Source: a virus. From it: a stretch of 16,402 nucleotides of DNA. The stretch covers positions 128,001 to 144,402 of IMG/VR virus record IMGVR_UViG_3300021256_000064. One strand, written 5' to 3'. Both the position numbers and the translations under genes were made by a program. Below the pieces are notes generated by a model. It did no database searches, was not told the origin of the DNA, and saw only the letters and a list, made by a program, of their open reading frames with translations. Positions within the stretch are counted from its first letter, which is position 1. The number at the start of each line of letters is the position of its first letter. Below, in pieces: positions 1 through 9,635 of this stretch.

Positions 1-57
1 TTTTACATTAATTTTTATATTACATGGTATCATATACATTCCATAGTCTTTCATATA

Positions 58-303
58 TTATTCTACCTCATAACCCACATTAACAATAGATTCAGGCTCT
101 TTAATATCATTAAACAATTTTGTTAAAGATAGTTTCCAATATTCATCAACAACTTCACCTTTTGATTTACGTTCCTTATGTTCGCTTGTATATTTACCAA
201 GCACATATGAATTATCATTTTTAGCTTCTTCTATTGCTTTTGCCGCCTCTGCTTCAGTATCCACTCTATATGTTTCAATTGTACTAACTAAATATTTTGA
301 CAT
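58..303 (-). CDS. hypothetical protein (81 aa)
   Basis: Intact ORF with ATG at 303..301. An AAGGAG RBS lies 8 nt upstream on the minus strand (complement of + 306..315). Stop is TAA. No family recognised. Confidence 0.5.
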   Translation of the reverse strand: MSKYLVSTIETYRVDTEAEAAKAIEEAKNDNSYVLGKYTSEHKERKSKGEVVDEYWKLSLTKLFNDIKEPESIVNVGYEVE

Positions 304-315
304 CCTTTTATCTCC

Positions 316-576
316 TTAAACATATTTTATAGTTAATTTATGCTCATTATATTTTAACATTTCTTGCTCTTGAATTTTTTTAACAATACCCTGATTATAA
401 TGTTTAGCTCCTGTCAAGTCAACTTGATAAGTATTGTAAATCTATGATAATTTAAATATGGTAGAAGGAATATCTTCTACTTTAACTTTTCTTGCTTCTA
501 TTTTATTACCATCTTCATAAACATAAAGAATTTGATATAAATCAAAAGGATGAATAATTCCTATAATTTTTCTCAT
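316..576 (-). CDS. hypothetical protein (~86 aa) with one in-frame TAG at 442..444
   Basis: ATG at 576..574 is preceded by AAAGGAG (complement of + 581..587) with a 4-nt spacer. The track ORF 442..648 ends at TAG 442..444. The same frame stays open for another 41 codons to TAA 316..318, which is unusual in DNA this AT-rich. The gene Y / gene X boundary assumes TAG is sense. Confidence 0.4.
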
Positions 577-586
577 ATTTCTCCTT

Positions 587-973
587 TCAACATTGAATAA
601 CCCAATCATCGCAATTAAATAAATAGTAAGCAAATGCTTCTCCACCAATCTAAATCCAGATTTCCCATTTATCTTCTTCTTGTTCTATTGAAAGAATTTT
701 TCCTCTATTTTTTAATATATCAATGAGTTCATTTGCGGCAACCGCAGGTGGGTTACGGTTCAATTTTTCGTATAAATGAAATACTGTAAAATCATATCTT
801 TCTCGACAAAGTAACATAGCATATCCATCAATCTGCCAATTAAACCAATCTTCTAATTCTTTTTTAATTGATTCAATCTTTTTACCAGTTAGCTTGCCTT
901 GTTGTAATATTAATTGTTTATTAAAATCATATAATGTCCCTAATGAAACATCATGTTTATTAGTTTTTTTCAT
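587..973 (-). CDS. hypothetical protein (107 aa if TAG terminates; ~128 aa if TAG 650..652 is read through to TGA 587..589)
   Basis: ATG at 973..971 with AAAGGAG RBS upstream (complement of + 978..984). The ORF ends at TAG 650..652. Read-through adds 20 codons and ends at TGA, which overlaps the RBS of the next gene. Confidence 0.4.
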
Positions 974-995
974 TAGAAAACTCCTTTTTATTTAA

Positions 996-1481
996 TTAAA
1001 AATCAAGACCTTGATATAAAACTCTTTGATTTCTACTGCCACGTAATTCAAGTGTAATATCTCTTTCTGCATCAATATAAGGGCCGTCTATTAGAACATC
1101 AATTTGAGACAATATGTGATTAATTTTATCATTATGTTTCTTTTTTAAATCTTCTAAAAGGTAGCCTGTCCAAACAAAAATTTTAATTTGCGGGAAAGCA
1201 GCTCTTACACTTGTAATAATTTTATCAACTTCTTCTAAATTTTCTTCACATAAGGGTTCTCCCCCTAAAACAGAAAAGTTTCTTGTAATATTATTTGCAC
1301 AGATTGCTTTAATAATTTGTCCTCGTATATCAGTGGGTACCTCTTTGCCGCCATTAAAACTCCATGTTTCAGGATTTTGACAACCTGGGCAATGATGTGG
1401 ACAACCTTGTGTCCAAAATGAGACGCAAGTGCCAGTCCCATTTGCGAAGTCATTTTTTATTAAACCTGCATATCTATCCAT
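996..1481 (-). CDS. nrdG: anaerobic ribonucleoside-triphosphate reductase activating protein (radical SAM)
   Basis: 161 aa. N-terminus is GLIKNDFANGTGTCVSFWTQGCPHHCPGCQNPETW, i.e. the NrdG-type CxxxCxxC radical-SAM cluster motif. GAGGAG RBS upstream. Stop is TAA. It sits immediately downstream of nrdD and the FNT gene. Confidence 0.9.
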   Translation of the reverse strand: MDRYAGLIKNDFANGTGTCVSFWTQGCPHHCPGCQNPETWSFNGGKEVPTDIRGQIIKAICANNITRNFSVLGGEPLCEENLEEVDKIITSVRAAFPQIKIFVWTGYLLEDLKKKHNDKINHILSQIDVLIDGPYIDAERDITLELRGSRNQRVLYQGLDF

Positions 1482-1483
1482 TT

Positions 1484-2044
1484 TTATTTACTTAACTCCT
1501 CAATTAATATTGCTCCTAATGAGTTACCAAGAACAATAAGTATAAATTTAAAAATATTTATTAAAGACAAATTGAATAACAGATAAGGAAAATCTGCTAT
1601 ACAATGCTCTGCTCCAATAAGAATAAAAATCATAATCGCAAAAATTGTTAATATAGTTACTTTATTTTTTACAGCAAAATGAATTAACATTCCACAGAAA
1701 GTAGCGTTTACAAATAAAGTTAATGCACTTTTGGTAAATTTAGTTGCACTAGACGCAGATATAATATTAACAAAATCTGGATTTCCTAAAGCATAAAGAC
1801 CTATTGTAGCTGCTATTGCAATACAATTAAATAATAATATTGTAATTAAGATTTTTTTCTATTCTAATGTTGGTTTAGAATAGAAACCAATTTTTCCAGT
1901 AAATAAATTTAATTGCATATTAATTATTGTTAAAAGTCCAAAACTAAATAATAAAGCTCCTAAAGCAGGGATTGAAGATTGAAGGTTAATAATAACCCCC
2001 AATCCAATTAAGATTCCCGCGAGAGCCGATTTTTTAACACACAT
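1484..2044 (-). CDS. formate/nitrite transporter (FNT)-family channel-like membrane protein, 186 aa with one in-frame TAG at 1859..1861
   Basis: Track ORFs 1859..2044 and 1484..1690 are in the same frame. I translated the gap and it contains a single TAG and no other stop. The joined protein is a hydrophobic multi-TM protein. It has the FNT hallmark motifs NLFTG (compare FocA GADLFTS) and GAEHCIADF (compare FocA GFEHSIANMF), plus a C-terminal LGNSLGA. It is shorter than FocA (~285 aa). The start overlaps the nrdD 3' end by 11 nt. Stop is TAA, 2 nt before the nrdG ATG. Confidence 0.55.
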
Positions 2045-4361
2045 AATCTTCCACTGCTCCCATATAACGACGTTGTCCTCTTAGTAAAGATGAATGCTTA
2101 AATCTCATTTCTGTTTCCTGTTGTTTTCCAAGATTAAAGGCTGTTTTATAATCTCCTGTTAAATAGCCTGTAACTCTACGCAATCTCTATATATTTGTTC
2201 CTCCGCACATTGGACATTCATTATTAATTTCTCCAGTGTATCCGCAATTTAAACATAAATCATTAGGAACATTTAATGCGAAATAAGGAATATCTTTATC
2301 CATAGCATAATTAACAATTTGTTCAAGTGCATCAATATTATGTAAGATTCCACTATCTAATTCTACATAAGTAATGCATCCTGCATTTGAATACCCAGTT
2401 AGTTGACTTTCAATATCAATCTTTGTAAATGGGTCAATTTCTTTCCAAACTGGAACGTGAATACTGTTAGTAAAGAACTCTTTATCACTTACATTAGGAA
2501 TTTCTCCATATTTTTCTTTAAATTTTTTCATGGCAGTATAGCATAAATTCTCAGCAGGAGTATAATAAACACCAAAGTTAAGTTTATATTTTTGTTTATA
2601 TTCCGCGCATCTGTCTTTAAATAATTGTTCAATACGTTTGGCAAGTTCCATACCTTCATCTGTTGTATGGTCTTTACCTATAAGTATTTGAAGAGTTTCT
2701 GCTAAGCCAAGTTGACCAAGAGCTAATGTGCCATGTTTAAGCGCGGATCTAATTCCTTCTTCAGGTTTATAACCTAACATGGTATTATTTTCCCACATAA
2801 ACTTTGCAGATTCAGGAGATTGAGAACAGATATATTCAAATCTTTCAATTAACATATCTTTAGCTTCATTAATTTTTTGATCAAGTAATAACATAAAATA
2901 TCCAATAATATTAGGATCATTTATTCCAATATTTTTTGTCCAACGATAATTAGCTTCCATAGCAAGAGTTGGAAGAATAATTGTTACAGGACAAATATTA
3001 CCGCGCCCGTCTTTACGCTGTGGATTTACACCTGGTTCTACATTTATATCTGCTCCATTAGCCGTACGGCATCCCATTGTAGAGAAATATGTAGTTGGGT
3101 CATTTTTGTCATAACCTGCATTTCCGCTCCAATCAACATTAGCGTAATTTGGATATAATCTTTTTGCTGTTGATTCAAGAGCTAATCTGTATAAATCATA
3201 ATTTGGAGTTCCTGGTTCTTTATTAACTCCTTTCATTACTTGGAAGATTCCACAAGGAAAAATTGATGTTTTATGGAATTTACCATTTCCTTTTATACTG
3301 CCTTCAAGTAATGCTTTAATAACCATTCTTCCTTCTGGAAGAGTACAGGTCCCATAGTTAATTGAAGTAAAGGGTAATTGATTGCCACTTCTACTTTGTA
3401 ATGTATTAAGATTATGATACATACCCTCAACCGCTTGTTGAAGCTATTTAACTGTCATATCCATAGCATATTGGTATGCTTTTTTATATTTTTGATATTC
3501 TAAATTATCAATACTAAAATTATCAGAATATTGGTTACGAATATTTATAAATTTTAAATGGCTTCCATTATTTTCTTTATTATAATATAAATCTGATGAT
3601 AATTCTATATATCTTAATCCATCAATATAATGTTTCCAAAAACTTTTTCTTACATAAGGAACCATTGTCCAATCTAAGTGAGTTGCTGATACGCCTCCAA
3701 ATTGTTGTAAACTTTGTAATTGAAATATTACTGCAACAAGTTGAAAAGCTGTATTAATTGAGTTTGCTGGTCTTACGTCTGTTTGACGAGTATTAAATCC
3801 TTTCGCTAATAAATCATCAAAAGGCACTGATAGACAATTATGCATACCAACTGCATATGTATCTAAATCATGAATATAAATTTCATTATTTAAATGATTT
3901 TCTCTAGCCATTTTTGACATACAATTATCAAGAGCGTATTGTTTGGAAATAATTGAATCAAATTCCCCGCGGCGACCACCAAAGGAATGTTCATCAACAT
4001 TAGCATTTTGATTATCAATTTTAGAACCTGCAAGTTTTTCTTGCGCTGCCCGCATCATTTTATTATTCCAATTTCTTTCTCTTGTTCTTTCTTCGCGATA
4101 TTTAATATACGCTTTTGCTACATCTTTTCTTTTTGTAGACATTAATCCATTTTCTACTAAGTCTTGAATTTCTTCAATAGATAATGGATGAGTTTCTTCT
4201 TCACAGTAGCCTTCAATATAATTTGCTATATTCTATGCTTTTGTTTCAGCATATTCAGAAATCTACCCATCTACTGCTTTAAAAGATTTTAAAATTGCAT
4301 TTTTAATTTTTTGTGTATCAAATGGCATTTGTCTACCATCTCTTTTGATTATATAAATCAT
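2034..4361 (-). CDS. nrdD: anaerobic (class III) ribonucleoside-triphosphate reductase, ~775 aa, with four in-frame TAG codons (4263..4265, 4233..4235, 3444..3446, 2187..2189)
   Basis: Track ORFs 3444..4142 and 2187..3422 are in one frame and joined by TAG. Upstream of 4142 the same frame continues through two more TAGs to ATG 4361..4359, with GGAGGA RBS. The N-terminus MIYIIKRDGRQMPFDTQKIKNAILKSFKAV...EEIQDLVENGLMSTKRKDVAKAYIKYREER is an ATP-cone that aligns with E. coli NrdD (VMKRDGCKVPFKSERIKEAILRAAKA...INEIQTAVENQLMS...ARAYIEYRHDR). Downstream of TAG 2187 lie the glycyl-radical motif LRRVTGYL and the NrdD C-terminal tail NLGKQQETEMRFKH. The C-terminal Zn cysteines are CLNCG...CPMCGG. Final stop is TAA 2034..2036. 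Confidence 0.85.
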
Positions 4362-4429
4362 AATATATCCTCCTAGTTAGATAAAATATTTTTAGGGTTA
4401 CTATATATTATAAAAAACTTTTAATAAAA

Positions 4430-4819
4430 TTAATCATTTTTGTCCAATGTATTATTCTCATCTTTAGGGTAATGGAAAGTCTTTTTTCCTTGACGCCATT
4501 CTAAATCACACATTTCTGGAAATTCTTCTTCCATTTGCAGCGCTCCTAATATATTAAATGCAGCAGCTGCTAAATGATCCTCATCATCCCACCCCGCAAT
4601 ATATTTAGCTAAATGTCTTAAAGCTGAATCAAGAAAAGACGACAATGGAATCCCTTTTAAATAATTAAAACGCCCATATTTTTTTGCGCCCTCTTCATAG
4701 AGCTTAGATAAACGTAATAATGCCATCATGGGGAGAGAGAGCATATCTCCCTTCCCTTCATGCATGTCTCTAACCGCTCCTGTGTTGAACTAAGTTCTTT
4801 CTCCAGAATCTTTTATCAT
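4430..4819 (-). CDS. putative phage dNTP pyrophosphohydrolase-like protein (dATP/dGTP diphosphohydrolase N-terminal-domain family), ~129 aa with in-frame TAG at 4790..4792
   Basis: The track ORF starts at an internal ATG (4765). The same frame extends through TAG 4790..4792 to ATG 4819..4817. That ATG is preceded by AAAGGAG (complement of + 4829..4835) with an 11-nt spacer. The resulting N-terminus MIKDSGERT*FNTGAVRDMHEGKG matches what I recall of the conserved N-terminus of this phage family (DSGxRxEFxTGAxRD...GKG). The family call is from memory and should be checked. Later in the protein are YEEGAKKYG and DDEDHLAAAAFNILGA. Stop is TAA. Confidence 0.55.
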
Positions 4820-4824
4820 AAATA

Positions 4825-7800
4825 TTAAATCTCCTTTTCTGTTGAAATTCTTTCATGTTCTAATGTAATATTTTTGTTTGTTACATTTGTAATTCTATAT
4901 AACTGATGTGTTGGTGTTGATTTATAAGTTTTTGCTACAAAAGTATCTTCTCGCCTAAATCCTGTAATTAAAACTTTTGTACCACGAGAGAACCAGCCTT
5001 TTTCTAATACTTTTTTAGTACCATCTGGTTGTTTTTCAGAAATTTGACGATTAAACATAGCATAATATTCTTTTGTAAATTTTACATTTACAACTCCATC
5101 TGTCGTTAAAATAGCGATAGATGCTTTAGTATTATTTTTACTAATAATTGTTCCTGCAATCCTATATAATTTAAAGATTGGAATTTTTCTATCTCCTCTT
5201 TTAAAGAAATAATCAACTACTGGTTCTTCTGATAAAGATGAAAAATCTACAATACCATATTTATATTTATCAATATTAGCTAATTCATGTTCGTGATAAT
5301 AAAAACACAAACTTTCCATTTCCCACGCAGAAATATTTCCAGTTGCATATTTATTCCATGTTTCATTAAATAATAAATTATTATATTGATTTAATACTTC
5401 ATCTTGATTCTCTTTTAACCAGTTTCTTGCTTCATCCATTTCTTTTTGATAGATTTTATCCCATTTAGTTTGAAGAATACAAGTAATTCCATTAATAACA
5501 TCAAGTTCATTTAAATCATAATATTGTGAATAAAAATTTAACGAACCTTCATCAAATATATAATATTTACCAACTTTTTTATTATCTTTAAGAAATTTAT
5601 TAAATACAAATACTTGTTTTTGTTTATTTAATTCTTCTGGTACTAAACCACTTTTTAATAATCCATTAAAATTTTGTAAAGTTAATCGCTTTTTTGGATC
5701 ACAAACTAATGATACATAATATGCCATAATTGCATATCTTGGATTTTCTTTACAAATTTCTGATGCCCAATCATTATCAACCTTATCAAAAGCTCCTGAT
5801 TTAATTAACGAAATCATTTGAGTTTTATTTAGCGGGCATCTATTCATAAAATCAATAATTCCAGTGTATGGGCGGCCGCCAATAATCTTATCAATAACTG
5901 GTCCACCAATTTTATTAACACCTTTTAATCCAAAAAGAATTTCATTATTTTCTTCATCTGGTTCAAAACTGTATCCAGATTTATTAATATCAATTAATGA
6001 TACTTTAATTCCTTTTGAAGTTATATCTCCAATAGCTTTTGCTAATTTAGAATAATCAGTAGATTTATCTTTAGTATTGTCCTCATCATCATCTTCATCA
6101 TCATCTTCAAGAGAAGCACTATTAATGATTAGACATGCAGTATTCCAATAAATTGGATTCCAATTAGTCGCTAAATAAATTGTCTGAACTCCAATAAAAG
6201 AATATGCAAGAGCATGAATGATAGAGAATGAATATCCCATCTGAGGACCAACACCGCATTTCCAAACATACTTACCAAGAGATGGACTAGAAGCTGTATC
6301 TAATATCTTTTGATGTAATTCTGGAATTTTTGCCATTTGTTTTTTACCAACAATTTTACGTGCGGCATTAGCTTCTTTTAATGAAAAATTGCAAATGTTT
6401 TCATCCATCAACATTCTCATTAACTGCTCTTGTGATGGTGGAACTCCATAAGATTGTTTGAAATATGGTTCAATAAATGTTTGTTCTTCTTTTGTTAAAC
6501 CTGCTCGATTCATTTCTTGATACCATAATGAAATATTATTTTTATAACGAATATATTTTTCCATAGGTGTCTCTTCACCCTTTTCAGATGTCATAAGACG
6601 CATTAAGCCATTGGCATCCGCCATTTCAAGAATATTAGTTGGTTTAATTTTCTTTGCGGCTTGTGATCCCACATCTGAATCAAACTGGAAAACATTTAAG
6701 ACACTATTATTTTGAAGAGCTTCCCATATTTTTTTATTCTCTAAAGGCAAAACTTCTGGATGAAGATATTTATTATATACCTCTCTTAAAGAGAGGTCTT
6801 TATCAATTTTATTATTTTCCTGAAGAAGTTTAATTGTTTGAACAATCTTATCCTGAACTTCTGTTACCAAGAAGTCATATTTTGTCATACCGCATGCTTC
6901 ACATTTATGAAGATCCCATTGAGTTATAATTTCACCTTTTGGAGTTTTCATAAAACATCCAAATTCGTATGGATCTTCATCAAAAAGAATAACACCAGAA
7001 GCATGACTAGACCTTTTATTTATCAACCCTTCAATTGCCATCGCAATATCTAATAAACCAGGATATAAATTAATTTCTGAAATAAAAGGCGCGATAGGTT
7101 TTCTATCTTTATCTTTATTCCCATATACAACATCTTTAAGAGGCCATAAAAAACCTCTCTCACTTGGAATTAAAGAAGATAAAAACTGAGCTGTATCAAC
7201 ATCAATCCCGTCTGGAAAATCTTCTGAGCGATAACCGCGGCAAGCTGTTAATACTGCTGATTTAGTTCCTTCTGTACCAAAAGTCGCAATAAGTGTGCAA
7301 CCAAGGTTTTTTCTACTTAAATCATCAATATCTTTATTGAAATTTTGACCTCGTTCTTCTTTTATCTTTTGAAGAATCAATGGACGTTTTGATGGACAAA
7401 GATCTAAGTCTATGTCGCCTAACTCAACACGTTCTTTATTAAGATAACGCCAGAACGGAAGATCCCATTTAATTGGGTCAAGCTGAGTGATGCCTAAAAG
7501 ATAATGATTTAATCCTGAGCAAGATGAACCACGCCCCGCACCAACTGTACTTCCGCACTCCCAAAAAAGATCAACATAATGCTGAAGAGTTATTGGATAA
7601 CTAAACATATTAGTTCCAAGTTTTTCACTAATAGTTTTTTTAATATCTGCTTCTTCTTCTAATCGAGAAAGATATTCTTTTTTATATATATTTTTATTTA
7701 ATAAATTTTGTAAACATTCATTTACCCAATATCTTTCATATTTATCATCAGAAGATAACATATTTCTTAAAGTTGGATAAAATTCTTCAATATTCATATC

Positions 7801-8784
7801 CCTAGATATTTTTGCGTAAGGATAAAAATTTTTACTTTTAGGATAATCTTTTACCTTTACTTTTGGAATTGTCTGTTGATGTCTAATATCATAGTTCTCA
7901 ATCTTATTATAAATTTCATATGAATTATCTACTAATTCATCATAATTTAATTCCGATGGTATAATATTTTCTTTTATGTCATTTTCATCTTGAAGATACG
8001 CATATTCATAAAATGCATCAACTTCACGTTCTCCGCCTTTTGAGTTAAGATATGCTTTATGTACATATCTATCTTCTTTTTTAAGATAATGTGCATCTGA
8101 TCCAAGAACCATTTTACAATCAAAGGCGGCAGCTACAGCTTTAAGACGTCTATTAACAATAACCTGTTCGCTTGATTGACCTGGCGCACACTCGATATAA
8201 AAGTCATCACCAAAAAGACGCTTACACCATAAGATAAAATCTACAATATCATTATGGGCTTCAGCGGCTCCTATTTTGTCATCATGCTTTTCTGCTTTTA
8301 TAAGATTTAAAAGTTGAGAAGAAACTTCTCCACCAAGACAAGCTGTTGTTGCAATTAAACTATTTGGATATTTATTAACAATCTCTTCAAGTTCATCATA
8401 TGTTGTAGGAACTCTTTCAAGACCTCTATCCCAATAACTATTCATCCAAGCTCTTGAAGAAAGCTCTCTTAATGCTCTGAATCCAATTTTATTTTTTGCA
8501 ATCAAAATAAAATGATAATATTTTTGTCCCATCTCTCTATCAGGAGTTAAATATATTTCATTTCCTAATGCAACTTTAAAATCTGGATGCGTCTTTAAAA
8601 TTTCTTGAGCATAGAAGTTTGCTTGCGGAGCACCGCTCAAACATTCATGATCGGTGAGAGCTATCCCACTTAAACCAATTTCTATTGCTCTATCAATAAG
8701 TGCTGGAATTTTATTAATGCAATCTAATAATCTTATGTTTGAAAATTCTGAGTGAGAATGCACCTCAAACCTTTTGACCATCAC
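4825..8784 (-). CDS. dnaE: DNA polymerase III alpha subunit (DnaE-type, PHP domain N-terminus), 1319 aa
   Basis: One uninterrupted ORF. The N-terminal PHP motifs are EVHSHSEFS...IALTDHECLSG. Size is typical for Pol III alpha. An acidic insertion DDDEDDDEDN lies in the C-terminal region. There are no in-frame TAG codons. Stop is TAA. RBS is AAGAGG. Confidence 0.9.
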   Translation of the reverse strand: MMVKRFEVHSHSEFSNIRLLDCINKIPALIDRAIEIGLSGIALTDHECLSGAPQANFYAQEILKTHPDFKVALGNEIYLTPDREMGQKYYHFILIAKNKIGFRALRELSSRAWMNSYWDRGLERVPTTYDELEEIVNKYPNSLIATTACLGGEVSSQLLNLIKAEKHDDKIGAAEAHNDIVDFILWCKRLFGDDFYIECAPGQSSEQVIVNRRLKAVAAAFDCKMVLGSDAHYLKKEDRYVHKAYLNSKGGEREVDAFYEYAYLQDENDIKENIIPSELNYDELVDNSYEIYNKIENYDIRHQQTIPKVKVKDYPKSKNFYPYAKISRDMNIEEFYPTLRNMLSSDDKYERYWVNECLQNLLNKNIYKKEYLSRLEEEADIKKTISEKLGTNMFSYPITLQHYVDLFWECGSTVGAGRGSSCSGLNHYLLGITQLDPIKWDLPFWRYLNKERVELGDIDLDLCPSKRPLILQKIKEERGQNFNKDIDDLSRKNLGCTLIATFGTEGTKSAVLTACRGYRSEDFPDGIDVDTAQFLSSLIPSERGFLWPLKDVVYGNKDKDRKPIAPFISEINLYPGLLDIAMAIEGLINKRSSHASGVILFDEDPYEFGCFMKTPKGEIITQWDLHKCEACGMTKYDFLVTEVQDKIVQTIKLLQENNKIDKDLSLREVYNKYLHPEVLPLENKKIWEALQNNSVLNVFQFDSDVGSQAAKKIKPTNILEMADANGLMRLMTSEKGEETPMEKYIRYKNNISLWYQEMNRAGLTKEEQTFIEPYFKQSYGVPPSQEQLMRMLMDENICNFSLKEANAARKIVGKKQMAKIPELHQKILDTASSPSLGKYVWKCGVGPQMGYSFSIIHALAYSFIGVQTIYLATNWNPIYWNTACLIINSASLEDDDEDDDEDNTKDKSTDYSKLAKAIGDITSKGIKVSLIDINKSGYSFEPDEENNEILFGLKGVNKIGGPVIDKIIGGRPYTGIIDFMNRCPLNKTQMISLIKSGAFDKVDNDWASEICKENPRYAIMAYYVSLVCDPKKRLTLQNFNGLLKSGLVPEELNKQKQVFVFNKFLKDNKKVGKYYIFDEGSLNFYSQYYDLNELDVINGITCILQTKWDKIYQKEMDEARNWLKENQDEVLNQYNNLLFNETWNKYATGNISAWEMESLCFYYHEHELANIDKYKYGIVDFSSLSEEPVVDYFFKRGDRKIPIFKLYRIAGTIISKNNTKASIAILTTDGVVNVKFTKEYYAMFNRQISEKQPDGTKKVLEKGWFSRGTKVLITGFRREDTFVAKTYKSTPTHQLYRITNVTNKNITLEHERISTEKEI
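6082..6110 (-). repeat. short tandem codon repeat (catcatcatctt-like) encoding the acidic DDDEDDDED tract inside dnaE
   Basis: Direct reading of + 6082..6110 (tcatcatcatcttcatcatcatcttc). It is low-complexity and in frame. Confidence 0.5.
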
Positions 8785-8814
8785 TTTACCTCTTTCACAT
8801 TATAATATAATTAT

Positions 8815-8863
8815 ATTATAAAATAAATAAATAAAAAAGTCAAGCGAGTTGCCCCGCTTGACT
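8815..8863 (-). terminator. rho-independent terminator after the homing-endonuclease gene
   Basis: The 9-bp stem AGTCAAGCG / CGCTTGACT spans 8838..8846 and 8855..8863 with an 8-nt loop. On the minus strand it is followed by a T-rich run (+ 8819..8837 is aaaataaataaataaaaaa). Confidence 0.5.
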
Positions 8864-9029
8864 AGTCATATAAAATAAATATTTAAGCTATCCTGTCCAT
8901 TGGAGTACCCTCCATATTATATTGGTTCAATATGTCAACGAGTTACAATTATTCAAACCATTGGACCGTACCTCTCTTTCATAATATTTATTTCTTACAA
9001 TTATATTATACAAAAAATTTTTTTATTTG

Positions 9030-9605
9030 TCAAATTTTATTTAAATCTTTTTGAGTTGGTATTTCTAATGCTTTTTTATGAATTTCATATCTTTGAGTAT
9101 AAGAATTTAATCTAATATATTTATACCATTTCTTTTTAGAATGAATACATTTATATACAGCTTGTTTTGAGATACCTTTTATATTACAAAAATCAGGGAT
9201 AGAAATAAAATCATTATCATTTTCTTGATTTATTTCTATATTATATGGAATAAAATTTTCTTTTGACATTCTTGGAACAAAATCATTTTTTGATATTGTA
9301 TTATTAATATTAAAATCATTTTCTTTATAAAGAATCCATTCTGGTTCTTTTAATAAAATAGTTGATTTAATGTTTTTAAAAGTTTGATTTAATTTAGGAT
9401 GATATTTTGTAATTAAAAAATATTCAAAACTATTCATTTCTAGCTCATTATTACAATTAAAATAATAAATTTCAAAATTTTTTAAATTTTGAAATTTATT
9501 ATCTTTGCTATGTTCATATAGCCGTCTTTTTAAATTATTTGTTTTTCCAATATATATAATTTTATTCTTTTGAACATATTTATAAATATAATATTTATTA
9601 ATCAT
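9030..9605 (-). mobile_element. free-standing GIY-YIG homing endonuclease gene (191 aa)
   Basis: N-terminus YIYKYVQKNKIIYIGKTNNLKRRLYEH is the GIY-YIG motif. The basic C-terminal tail resembles a NUMOD/HTH DNA-binding tail. The gene is intercalated between the Dda-like helicase and dnaE. Stop is TGA. Confidence 0.8.
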
Positions 9606-9635
9606 TTTTCTCTTTAAATTGGATAATTTTAATTA

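Noticed and set aside
5864-6055. Plus-strand track ORFs (5864..6055, 6838..7053, 8900..9115, 15840..16064) and minus-strand 1265..1453 nested in nrdG
   Set aside because: They are short and low-complexity. They run antisense to, or out of frame within, long well-supported genes (dnaE, dnaB-like, nrdG, HEG). No RBS or conservation argument supports them. They are expected noise in AT-rich DNA.
8897-8975. Imperfect direct repeat CCATTGGAGTACCCTCC / CCATTGGACCGTACCTC downstream of the HEG
   Set aside because: It has only two copies of about 17 nt with mismatches and no clear palindromic operator structure. It is noted under the HEG finding but is too weak to call as a feature.
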